Source: a candidate division WWE3 bacterium CG22_combo_CG10-13_8_21_14_all_39_12 (lineage in GTDB: Bacteria > Patescibacteriota > 4484-211 > GCA-002791395). From it: DNA of 35,379 nt. Shown piece by piece: positions 25,995 through 34,799 of the stretch. Within the stretch, counting starts at the first letter, position 1, and each line of letters opens with the position of its first letter. Position numbers and translations under genes: made by a program. The stretch covers positions 1 through 35,379 of the forward strand of contig PCSU01000039.1 of assembly GCA_002771355.1 (NCBI GenBank), written 5' to 3'. The notes below the pieces were generated by a model. The model worked only from the letters and a program-made list of their open reading frames with translations, ran no database searches and had not been told where the DNA came from.

Positions 25995-26459
25995 TTATGA
26001 TATTGATGTTATCTCATATTCAACAGAACCTTGTGGCATAGTTAATGTAACAGTATCCCCAACAGACCTACCAATTAATGCACTTCCTACTGGAGATTCC
26101 GCCGAAATCTTGCCAATGGAAATATCTGACTCCTGTTCACCAACAACCATGAATTCACGAGTTGCACCATTGTATGTAACCTCAACTGTAGATCCGTGCT
26201 CTACCTTATCAAGTGAGCCAGATTTTTTAGAAATCTTTGCGTGTTTTACAATATGCTGGATTTCCTCAATTCGACCTTGTATTACAGCCTGCTTCTCACG
26301 AGCAGCATGATATGCGGCATTTTCTCGCAAATCTCCCAACGTTCGAGCCTCTTCCATGTATTTAATAATATTCGGACGTTGAACTGTGATTAAGTCATTA
26401 AGCTCTTGTGTAAGACTATCGTATCCACTCTGTGTTAGTAATATTTTTGGGTTACTCAT
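25995..26459 (-). CDS. greA: Transcription elongation factor GreA
   Basis: Canonical GDLRENAAYHAARE tip; GKISAESPVGSALIG. Start trimmed to ATG 26459 (MSNPKILLT). Confidence 0.93.
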   Translation of the reverse strand: MSNPKILLTQSGYDSLTQELNDLITVQRPNIIKYMEEARTLGDLRENAAYHAAREKQAVIQGRIEEIQHIVKHAKISKKSGSLDKVEHGSTVEVTYNGATREFMVVGEQESDISIGKISAESPVGSALIGRSVGDTVTLTMPQGSVEYEITSIS

Positions 26460-26669
26460 TTGAATAAAATTTACCTGATAATGATACCAGACGTCATCAA
26501 GTGGCACGCAATACATAGCCGTTACGCATGGCACTAGCTGGGAAAATATCTACTCTATCCTTATAAACAATTCCTTCTTACCCTGCTATAACAACCTAAA
26601 ACAGAAACAGTACACAATCAACAAAAAACCATAAAAAAAATTTATGAATTATTCCTAGTTTTAATCTTG

Positions 26670-27674
26670 TTATTTTAACTTTTGGTCAACAACCCAAGCG
26701 TTATATAAAATAAATATAACAGCAACCACAGGAACTGAAAGAAGTGCTCCCATAGGTCCACCAAGTTTTCCACCAATTAAAAGAGCTATTAATACAACGA
26801 GTGGGTCTAATCCAACAGCATGCTTCATAACTCGTGGTACAACTATACTTCCTTCCAACTGTTGAATAAGAATGAAAGCAACAACAACGACCACTACCTG
26901 TACTGGTGAAACCGCGAGAGCAACAAGTATTGCTGGTATAGCAGAAATAATAGGACCAATAATTGGAACAATTTCCAAAATACCTGCAATAATTGCCAGC
27001 GGAAGAGCAAAGGGCAGCCCAATCACTCGTAAAATAAGGTATGTTACCACACCAATAATTGTCATGAGAATTAATTCTCCTCGCAACCATGATCCCAACT
27101 TACTGTCAATCAAAGTAAATAGATTCTTATAATTTTTTTTATCATTTGTAGGAATAACTGCAACTAAAAACTTATGGATACGTTCATTTTCAAGTGAGAA
27201 GTAAAACGTAAAAATTAACATCATTATTACATCAAGAACACCACCAAACACGCTTGCTCCAAACCTAACAGCATCAAGCGGTACCGTTGCCAACTGTTTA
27301 GAAATCGTAGATAACGCATCAAGAATATACGGTTGAAATGGGGTACCTTCAATATTTAGACGAACAATTGATTCCTGTACAAACATTGGTACAGCACTAA
27401 AAAACCGCTGCATTTCACCCAAAAAAGGACCAAAGGTTAACCCCATACCAACTCCGACAATCAAAATAATAACAAGATAAACACTTACAACAGATGCCCA
27501 GCGAGGTAACCCATACTCCTCAAAACGCTTTACTGCCGGCATAATCGCAGCCATTATGATATATGCTATAAATAGCATTATTGCAATATCCATAAGCCAA
27601 TATAAAAGAAAACCAAGAATACTCCAGAACATAATCTGCTTTAAAAGGCGAGCATCAAACGTTAAGGTGGCCAT
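26670..27674 (-). CDS. AI-2E (PerM/UPF0118) family transporter
   Basis: WLRGEL, LEIVPIIGP, IQQLEGSIVVPRVM, GALLSVP motifs. Confidence 0.92.
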   Translation of the reverse strand: MATLTFDARLLKQIMFWSILGFLLYWLMDIAIMLFIAYIIMAAIMPAVKRFEEYGLPRWASVVSVYLVIILIVGVGMGLTFGPFLGEMQRFFSAVPMFVQESIVRLNIEGTPFQPYILDALSTISKQLATVPLDAVRFGASVFGGVLDVIMMLIFTFYFSLENERIHKFLVAVIPTNDKKNYKNLFTLIDSKLGSWLRGELILMTIIGVVTYLILRVIGLPFALPLAIIAGILEIVPIIGPIISAIPAILVALAVSPVQVVVVVVAFILIQQLEGSIVVPRVMKHAVGLDPLVVLIALLIGGKLGGPMGALLSVPVVAVIFILYNAWVVDQKLK

Positions 27675-27676
27675 AT

Positions 27677-28639
27677 CTACTTATCATACCATCTCTTAAC
27701 ACCTTCAACCACAAATTTTTCATACCCAGGCTCTAAAATATTTACCCAGGTTCTTTGTGGTCTTCTCCTTAGCCAATGGACTTGCTGACGAATATATGTA
27801 TGAAGCTCACCAATAATTACTTGCTGCATTTCAAGAGATGTAATCTCTGATGCTATATATTTTTTGGCTGTTCTAAAAAGGAGTCCCTCCAATAACCGAG
27901 TCTGCGGAAATTCACGTATAAGATATTCTGTTTCATCACCCAATACGTTACTTTCAATAAGTTTTTGAATCCACTTGTCACTACGACGATATAATTCAGG
28001 ATACTCAGAAGTTAGAACATACTCATAAATATCAATGTCTGACTCAGACCGAAGAGGTGAGAATGTTAATCCATCTTTAACACTTCCAACCTCACTTGCT
28101 ACCTCTATATACCTTATAAGCCTTTGGGGATTGTTTTGGTCTGATTTGTTAAGAGAATTAAAACAGACTGGATCAACAGATTCTAATACCTTAAGTAGTT
28201 GATCACTAGTTTTTTCTCGCAAACTATTTCGAAGGATTTCATTTGGTCCCACGGTACTGTACGAGGCATGTCCTAACAGTGCATCTACATAAAACCCAGT
28301 TCCACCAACAACAACTGGAACCTTACCACTTTTCCATGCGTCATAAATAATGTCACATGAAGATAATACAAACGTAGTAACGTTATACTCTTGGTCCGGA
28401 GAAACAACATCATACCCATAAATTGTTACGCCATCCTGTAGCCAATACCCGTCATGCTTTACAAATTTTCCTTGAGTAGTATCTGGAGAAATTTTATTCG
28501 TAACATAATCAACACCCTTATATACCTGCCTTGAATCAGCAGAAATGATTATTCCGTTTATATATTGTAAAACTTCTATCCCCAATGAGGTTTTTCCTGT
28601 CCCTGTCGGTCCCGTTATCACAATAATTGGTTTTACCAT
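27677..28639 (-). CDS. miaA: tRNA dimethylallyltransferase
   Basis: GPTGTGKT P-loop, ISADSRQVY, VGGTGFYV, NPQRLIRYIE; C-terminal half divergent. Start set at 28639 (MVKPIIVI). Confidence 0.85.
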   Translation of the reverse strand: MVKPIIVITGPTGTGKTSLGIEVLQYINGIIISADSRQVYKGVDYVTNKISPDTTQGKFVKHDGYWLQDGVTIYGYDVVSPDQEYNVTTFVLSSCDIIYDAWKSGKVPVVVGGTGFYVDALLGHASYSTVGPNEILRNSLREKTSDQLLKVLESVDPVCFNSLNKSDQNNPQRLIRYIEVASEVGSVKDGLTFSPLRSESDIDIYEYVLTSEYPELYRRSDKWIQKLIESNVLGDETEYLIREFPQTRLLEGLLFRTAKKYIASEITSLEMQQVIIGELHTYIRQQVHWLRRRPQRTWVNILEPGYEKFVVEGVKRWYDK

Positions 28640-28677
28640 AATTTGTTTTTGAAATATTGAATTAGCCTCCATATACA

Positions 28678-28715
28678 CTTACAGAAAAACCCCAATTAAG
28701 GGGTTTTTCTGTAAG
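28678..28715 (-). terminator. Terminator downstream of HU
   Basis: CTTACAGAAAAACCCC-AATTAA-GGGGTTTTTCTGTAAG, 16-bp perfect inverted repeat containing T-tracts. Confidence 0.8.
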
Positions 28716-28747
28716 CATAAATGCTTAAAACGGTTTCCTCAACGAGA

Positions 28748-29020
28748 TTACTTTACAGCTTCTTTAAGTGCTGAACCTGCTCGGAAAGCAGGAGTAACTT
28801 GTTCAGGGATATGGATAGGTTCACCCGTCTGTGGATTGCGACCCATACGTGCTGCGCGAGTACGTACTAAGAAAGTCCCAAAACCAGTAAGAGTTACTTT
28901 ATTACCTTTTGCCAATTCTTCTGTAACAACACCGAGAAGTGCGTTTAATGCATCTTCTGCAGCGCGTTTAGTAAGATCAGCGCGTTCTGCCAATTCTTCA
29001 ACAATTTGTGATTTGGTCAT
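28748..29020 (-). CDS. hup: DNA-binding protein HU
   Basis: MTKSQIV, GFGTF, RAARMGRNPQTGE, PAFRAG; SD GGGAGGTGA 7 nt before ATG 29020. Confidence 0.96.
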   Translation of the reverse strand: MTKSQIVEELAERADLTKRAAEDALNALLGVVTEELAKGNKVTLTGFGTFLVRTRAARMGRNPQTGEPIHIPEQVTPAFRAGSALKEAVK

Positions 29021-29164
29021 TTGAGATTCACCTCCCTTCACTAGAGTATTAACTCCTTGTGATGATGTCCTTTAAACAATGATACCTTCACAAGACGTCC
29101 AGTTACCATCTCAAACCTACACTTATCCTTAGATACCCTTTCATGATGCTTCAATCTCACCACG

Positions 29165-29193
29165 AGCGTACCATTCCTTTATTTTTCTGTCAA
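29165..29193 (-). promoter_or_regulatory. sigma70 promoter for HU
   Basis: TTGACA (29193-29188), 17 nt spacer ending TGG, TACGCT (29170-29165). Confidence 0.65.
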
Positions 29194-30002
29194 GCGATTA
29201 CCTTATCACAGCGGGAAAACTCAGTGATCATGCCCTTCTTATCGAAACCAACTTTAATAGAATTAAAAACTTTTGGCCCCTCATACTCCCACACAAATGG
29301 GTCCGTTCTCCCCTCTACAAAGCGATCTACTATAATATCTGTCTTTACACCAAGCACTGAATTTTGAGATCCAACCATCCCTGCATCAGTTACGTAAAAT
29401 GTTCCGTTGGGAAGTACCTGCAAATCTGATGTCGGCACGTGAGTATGTGTTCCAAAGACTCCGTGAGCTCTTCCATCAACATAATTCCCAAACGCCTTTT
29501 TTTCACTGGTAGCTTCTGCATGAAGATCCACCAAAACAATTGACCCTTCTGGAACATCCTTATACAGTTCATCAAATTTGATAAATGGATTTAAGACTGG
29601 CTCTCTCATAAATACTTCTCCTTGAAGATTTATTAGCGTTACCAATACACCGTTATGCGTAGTAAATGTAATAACTCCCGATCCTGGCATTTCACCGTTA
29701 TAGTTTGCTGGCCGCAACAACCCATAGGTTTGATCGATAAGTAATTTTTCATACCCATTCGTACGAAAAACATGGTCACCACTTGTAAAATAATTCACGC
29801 CAGCATTATTCATCTCAAGCAAACTTTTTTCATTAACTCCACGTCCACCTGAAATATTTTCGGCATTCGCAATAACAAGATCAATATTGTTATCAATAAT
29901 CAACTGAGGAAGAATCGTTTCTACAGAACGACGCCCTGGTCTGGCAACAATATCACCAATAAATAAAACGGTTAATTCATTGTGATGGGTTGTGAAATTC
30001 AT
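29190..30002 (-). CDS. ymdB: YmdB-like metallophosphoesterase (TIGR00282 type)
   Basis: FIGDIV, ANAEN, TSGDH, RPANY, VDLHAEATSEK, GTHTHVPT, TDAGMVG; lies directly downstream of rny. Confidence 0.93.
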   Translation of the reverse strand: MNFTTHHNELTVLFIGDIVARPGRRSVETILPQLIIDNNIDLVIANAENISGGRGVNEKSLLEMNNAGVNYFTSGDHVFRTNGYEKLLIDQTYGLLRPANYNGEMPGSGVITFTTHNGVLVTLINLQGEVFMREPVLNPFIKFDELYKDVPEGSIVLVDLHAEATSEKKAFGNYVDGRAHGVFGTHTHVPTSDLQVLPNGTFYVTDAGMVGSQNSVLGVKTDIIVDRFVEGRTDPFVWEYEGPKVFNSIKVGFDKKGMITEFSRCDKVIA

Positions 30003-30047
30003 AATAATACGAAACTATTACCTTATTACCTACCAGCCCCAAAGCCA

Positions 30048-31442
30048 TTAGTGTGGTTTTGCAACTGCAGATGCAATAAGTTCTCTGACTACGGTAACTT
30101 TAATTGGTGCAGGAAAATTCGTAATCTGGTCATGTATTTTTTTAGAAATATCATGGGCAAGTTTTACCATTTCCGCATCAGTAATAAGTGCTGGATTTAC
30201 AATCACACGAACTTCTTTACCGGCAGATATTGCAAAACTTTTATCAACACCTGAAAACGAATTTGCAATTGTCTCTAACTCTTTTATACGTTTTACATAC
30301 CCTTCATAATCTTCTTTCCTGGCACCTGGACGTGAACCTGAGATTGCATCAGCAAGGTACATAATCACGGCTTCTGCAGTTGGGAATTTATCTTCATGAT
30401 GATGCTCAAATGCTTGAACGATCTCCTCATCAATACCATACCGCCTTGCAATCTCAGCCCCAACAACAGCATGACCTTTATCTGTCTCAGCTGTAACCGC
30501 TTTACCCATGTCATGAAGCAAACATGCCTGACGCACAACCTCAACATCTGCGCCAACCTCAGTTGCAATTGCAACACCGATTTTTATAACTTCAAGTGTG
30601 TGATCAATCATGTTTTGACCGTAAGAGCTTCTAAACTTAAGTCTTCCAAGAAGCATGGTAATCTCTTCAGGCATTCGTGCAACTTTAGCACGGAACAAAA
30701 AGTCTTCTCCTGCTTCTTTAACAATTTGATCAACTTCCCCTTGGGCCTTTTCAAGTTCTTCTGTGATTCGTGTTGGCTGTATTCTGCCATCAGCGACCAA
30801 TCGTTCCATTGCAATACGTGCAATTTCGCGTTTTACAGGATCAAAGCTTGAAACAGTAACCGTAGGTTCACCTGGCTCACCAATGTCTACACTTACACCT
30901 GATGCATCCTCAAACGATTTAATATTTCTCCCATCTTTACCAATAATTCTACCTTTCATTTCTTCTTCAGGAAGATCAATCGTGTTAATGGTATATTCCC
31001 CAACATTTTCAGTACCAACCCTTTGCATTGCAGTTATAAGAATATCCCTGGCCTTTTTATCGGACTCAAGACGAATCTGTTCCTCATTATCACGAATCTT
31101 GATTGCAGCCTCTGAAGCAAGTTCTTTTTCAAGAGCGATAGAAAGCTCTTTTTTTAGATCACTCACAGTTTCAGGTGATACCTTGGAAACCTTATCAATA
31201 AAGTCTTGTCTTGTCTGTGATAATTCTGTTAACGTTGATTCGTAGCGAGAAATAAGGATTGTGAGGGTTTCCTCTTGTTTGGTAGCTGTCTCGAGCTTCT
31301 TATCAGCTTCTTCACGCACTTTTAGTGCTTCATCTTTAGCCTCAAGCACTACTTCGCGCGCTTCAGTTTTAATATCTTTTGCTAACTGGTTATCACTCAC
31401 AAAAGACTGTAGAAGTTCTTCTAATCTTGTCGTATCTGCCAT
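30048..31442 (-). CDS. rny: Ribonuclease Y (no N-terminal TM anchor visible)
   Basis: KH domain MKGRIIGKDGRNI, FRSSYGQN, HD motif LLHDMGKA, ADAISGSRPGAR. Confidence 0.95.
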   Translation of the reverse strand: MADTTRLEELLQSFVSDNQLAKDIKTEAREVVLEAKDEALKVREEADKKLETATKQEETLTILISRYESTLTELSQTRQDFIDKVSKVSPETVSDLKKELSIALEKELASEAAIKIRDNEEQIRLESDKKARDILITAMQRVGTENVGEYTINTIDLPEEEMKGRIIGKDGRNIKSFEDASGVSVDIGEPGEPTVTVSSFDPVKREIARIAMERLVADGRIQPTRITEELEKAQGEVDQIVKEAGEDFLFRAKVARMPEEITMLLGRLKFRSSYGQNMIDHTLEVIKIGVAIATEVGADVEVVRQACLLHDMGKAVTAETDKGHAVVGAEIARRYGIDEEIVQAFEHHHEDKFPTAEAVIMYLADAISGSRPGARKEDYEGYVKRIKELETIANSFSGVDKSFAISAGKEVRVIVNPALITDAEMVKLAHDISKKIHDQITNFPAPIKVTVVRELIASAVAKPH

Positions 31443-31449
31443 ATCGGGC

Positions 31450-32097
31450 CTATTGTAGCACAGTTTTGATAGCCTCCCAAGAATAACCCCGCCGTTTTAG
31501 GTAATTTACCAACCGTGTTTTTTGCTTCTCATCCGTTAAATCATATTTACCTTTTACCGCCTGGGCGTGAGTTGAAATATTTTCAGTATCAGACTGAGAC
31601 TCTTCCATCCACACTCGTTTAGTCAGTTGGGAACTAATCCCCTTTTGCATTAACTCTGAAGTAATACGCCTCAATCCACTCGGTTTATTTTTTGATGTCC
31701 GTTGTTCAATCCACCATTTCACAAACTCTTCATCGTTTACATAGTTATATTCCATGAGCTTGTGGATAATTCGCTCAATAAACTGTTCCTTTCGCTCTTT
31801 TTCATCGGGTTCTTTAAATAGATCCCGTTTATACATTTTTTCTGACATGTGATCGTGAATCTCTTTTGACGAACGGGGACGACGGGATAAATAATCTAGA
31901 GATTTATTAAACATTGCACCAAAGTCAGACTCATCCTGAATACGTGAAAGATCGCTTGGTTCTAACTCATCACCTTTTTTTATATGAAGTCGAATAAGTG
32001 TATCTTCATCAATGCCGGTAAAAAATTCATCATCAACAAAAATATTATATCTACTCTTGTTCTTTTTCTGTACTGAGATTGAAGTGATTTTAGGCAT
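31450..32097 (-). CDS. recX: RecX regulatory protein (long, Firmicutes-like)
   Basis: KITSISVQKKNKSRYNIFVD, YLSRRPRS..E, YVNDEEF, ELMQKGI, YLKRRGYS. Confidence 0.92.
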   Translation of the reverse strand: MPKITSISVQKKNKSRYNIFVDDEFFTGIDEDTLIRLHIKKGDELEPSDLSRIQDESDFGAMFNKSLDYLSRRPRSSKEIHDHMSEKMYKRDLFKEPDEKERKEQFIERIIHKLMEYNYVNDEEFVKWWIEQRTSKNKPSGLRRITSELMQKGISSQLTKRVWMEESQSDTENISTHAQAVKGKYDLTDEKQKTRLVNYLKRRGYSWEAIKTVLQ

Positions 32098-33250
32098 TAT
32101 TTTTGCTCCTTATACTTAGTCCTATCATAAATGCCCCAATTACCATAATTACACACGCAAAAAAAATAAAACCGATTTGATACGTAGAGACCTGCGAAAC
32201 TGCACCAAACAATACATAAACGATAATAACGCCGACCTCCGTCAGAAACCCATTTATTGAAGAGACGGTTGCACGAGTAGCTGATTCAATTATATCTTGT
32301 AATTTCCCTTCAAACACAATCTGCACAATCGTAAAAAGAAACCCAAAAATAACAAGAAAAATAAGTACCCACATTTCAAATATATATGCAGCACAAAAAA
32401 GAAAAATCCCGTTAAGAGTAAATAGCGCATAAAAAAACATGTTAGACCTCTGACTAAATTTGTATGCAACATAACTCGCACATGCTTGTACACCGCTTAT
32501 AATTGCCAATAATATTCCCAGCCCAGTATCCGGCAAATGTACTTCATGGGCAAATATAGGCCAATATTCATCAAGAGCACCTCCAAGAGAGAGTACAAAT
32601 GCAAGGAACATTACTATCTTTAAAATCACTTTATTGTTGGTAATGTTTTTCACACCTTCTTTCAATAAGCTGAAATATTCCTTTTCGTGAGTTGATTGAA
32701 TAATGGGAACCTGCGGCAACTGCAAGACAGCAAATCCTGAAACCACCACAGAAAAACAACTCAATAGCAATACCACTTGATACCCATAATGGATCGCAAA
32801 CGATGCACCTAGAGATGCACACACAATCGCAATAAATGATAATGTTTTGGCGCGTCCATATACTTTTGTGAACTGTTGTTCCTGTTTCAAACGAATAAGT
32901 TCATCGTAAATGAGTGCCTGAAACGTACCAGACGTCAGTGCACTTTTTATACCCCACAAGACAAACCCTGCTGCAAAGCCCCAAAACGTAGGGTACAATA
33001 ACCATATTGCATACCCTACTACGCGGATTAGCTGTCCTAAAAATAGGATGTTTTTTCTTGAATACATATCAGCCCACACACCCGAGGGAACTTCGAATAA
33101 TAATGAAGTCACGGACCAGACACCCAACAATACCCCCACTTGCCATGGCTGCATCGAAAAATCAGTGAACATAACAGCATACAGTGGATAAATTAATACA
33201 AAGTCGTCAAAAAACTTGTACGCATAAATCTTCCATAGGAAATCTTTCAT
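32090..33250 (-). CDS. MFS transporter
   Basis: FEVPSGVWADMYSRK motif A, SGTFQALIYD, RATVSSI; about 12 TMs. TGCTATAGT 6 nt before ATG. Confidence 0.9.
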   Translation of the reverse strand: MKDFLWKIYAYKFFDDFVLIYPLYAVMFTDFSMQPWQVGVLLGVWSVTSLLFEVPSGVWADMYSRKNILFLGQLIRVVGYAIWLLYPTFWGFAAGFVLWGIKSALTSGTFQALIYDELIRLKQEQQFTKVYGRAKTLSFIAIVCASLGASFAIHYGYQVVLLLSCFSVVVSGFAVLQLPQVPIIQSTHEKEYFSLLKEGVKNITNNKVILKIVMFLAFVLSLGGALDEYWPIFAHEVHLPDTGLGILLAIISGVQACASYVAYKFSQRSNMFFYALFTLNGIFLFCAAYIFEMWVLIFLVIFGFLFTIVQIVFEGKLQDIIESATRATVSSINGFLTEVGVIIVYVLFGAVSQVSTYQIGFIFFACVIMVIGAFMIGLSIRSKNNA

Positions 33251-33391
33251 AAATCAACTATAGCAAGTTTACAATATGCTTTCTGTTTAGCTACTTGTTT
33301 ACAAACTTGCTTGTACGTTACCCCCAGGTAAATAGTCAAAACATTCATGTTGTGAGGTAACAATATAACAGGACCAATAGTAAAACTAGAT

Positions 33392-34498
33392 CTACTTCTT
33401 CTTTTCTTCTTTTTCGGTTTCGACAGGAACCTCTTCAATAGGAGCAGTTGAATCCACAGGTTTATCTTCCACGTCTTCCTCAGCACCAATAACAAGTGGA
33501 GCTCCTTGTTCCTTCATTTTAAGTAAAATCTCTCGCTCAATCTTAGTTGCAAGTTCTGGCTGTTCATTAAACAATTCCTTTACAGCCTCACGCCCTTGAC
33601 CTAGGCGCTGTTCACCATAGCTAAACCACGATCCAGCTTTTTGTATAACTTCAACATCAACTCCAACATCAAGAATACTTCCAACACGTGAAATGCCTTC
33701 GCCAAACATAATATCAAATTCTGCTATCTTGAATGGAGGTGCAAGTTTATTTTTTACTACTTTAACTCGAACACGGTTCCCTAAATCTTGATCTCCTTGT
33801 TTGATTGAACTAATCCTCCTTATATCCATACGAACACTTGAATAAAACTTAAGCGCATTTCCACCAGTTGTTGTTTCTGGATTTCCAAACATAACACCAA
33901 TCTTCATGCGCAACTGGTTAATGAAAATTATAGTGCAATTAGACCTACTTATTGCTCCGGTAAGTTTTCGCAAAGCCTGACTCATTAACCTGGCCTGCAA
34001 ACCCATATGAGAATCACCCATTTCACCTTCAATTTCAGCACGTGGAACTAGAGCGGCAACTGAGTCAACAACAATAATATCTACCCCACCTGACCGTACA
34101 AGTGTTTCAGCAATCTCTAATGCTTGCTCACCGGTATCTGGCTGGGAAACTAATAGATCGTCTAAGTTAACTCCAATGTGCCCTGCGTATACAGGATCAA
34201 GAGCATGTTCAGCATCAATAAATGCACCAATCCCACCCATTTTCTGCATATTCGCCAAAACATGAAGAGCAAGAGTTGTTTTACCACTAGATTCTGGACC
34301 GAAAATCTCAACAATCCTTCCTTGAGGAACGCCACCAATACCAAGAGCTAAATCTAGGGCAATTGAACCTGTTGGTATAGACTTCATACCCTCTCCGCGT
34401 CCAGCCTCATTGAGTTTCATAATGGAACCCTTACCGAATTGTTTTTCGATTTGGTCCATCGCTAACTTGACTGCTTCTAATCGTTCGCTAGTTGCCAT
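33392..34498 (-). CDS. recA: Recombinase RecA
   Basis: [44 protein letters not shown]. Confidence 0.99.
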   Translation of the reverse strand: MATSERLEAVKLAMDQIEKQFGKGSIMKLNEAGRGEGMKSIPTGSIALDLALGIGGVPQGRIVEIFGPESSGKTTLALHVLANMQKMGGIGAFIDAEHALDPVYAGHIGVNLDDLLVSQPDTGEQALEIAETLVRSGGVDIIVVDSVAALVPRAEIEGEMGDSHMGLQARLMSQALRKLTGAISRSNCTIIFINQLRMKIGVMFGNPETTTGGNALKFYSSVRMDIRRISSIKQGDQDLGNRVRVKVVKNKLAPPFKIAEFDIMFGEGISRVGSILDVGVDVEVIQKAGSWFSYGEQRLGQGREAVKELFNEQPELATKIEREILLKMKEQGAPLVIGAEEDVEDKPVDSTAPIEEVPVETEKEEKKK

Positions 34499-34600
34499 TG
34501 TTTATAGAGTATATCACACACCCATGGAGTGTAAATAGGCAGATATATAATCCCCATTTCGTCGTTTTACCAGTTACAAATTACTAATTATAATCTTTTT

Positions 34601-34759
34601 CTAACCCATCTTTCGTGCGACTTTATCCACGTCATTTCTTATTGCGTCGACATCTCGCTGAATTCTCTCAAGAGTTTCATTGGTCTTTTTTAGCTGTTCG
34701 AGGATTGCAGTCTCAACTCCAGCAGGATCTTGTGTATTTTCTCCAAAATTAAATGCCAT
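34601..34759 (-). CDS. 52-aa coiled-coil hypothetical protein (not in ORF track)
   Basis: Hand-translated MAFNFGENTQDPAGVETAILEQLKKTNETLERIQRDVDAIRNDVDKVARKMG; SD GAAAAGGGGTGA 7 nt before ATG; TTGTCA-N16-TATAAT upstream. Confidence 0.75.
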   Translation of the reverse strand: MAFNFGENTQDPAGVETAILEQLKKTNETLERIQRDVDAIRNDVDKVARKMG

Positions 34760-34799
34760 AATGTAGTCACCCCTTTTCGGAAAATTTTAACTTCATAAA

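Noticed and set aside
3262..28639. MiaA plus LOG as a cytokinin-production pathway
   Set aside because: The genes are about 24 kb apart and both are widespread; LOG's context points to pentose metabolism.
33247..33495. 82-aa ORF bridging the recA end and the MFS start
   Set aside because: Overlaps the recA 3' end out of frame, has no start signals or motif, and runs through the MFS promoter.
34499..34600. LexA/SOS box upstream of recA
   Set aside because: Neither CTGT-N8-ACAG nor GAAC-N4-GTTC is visible.
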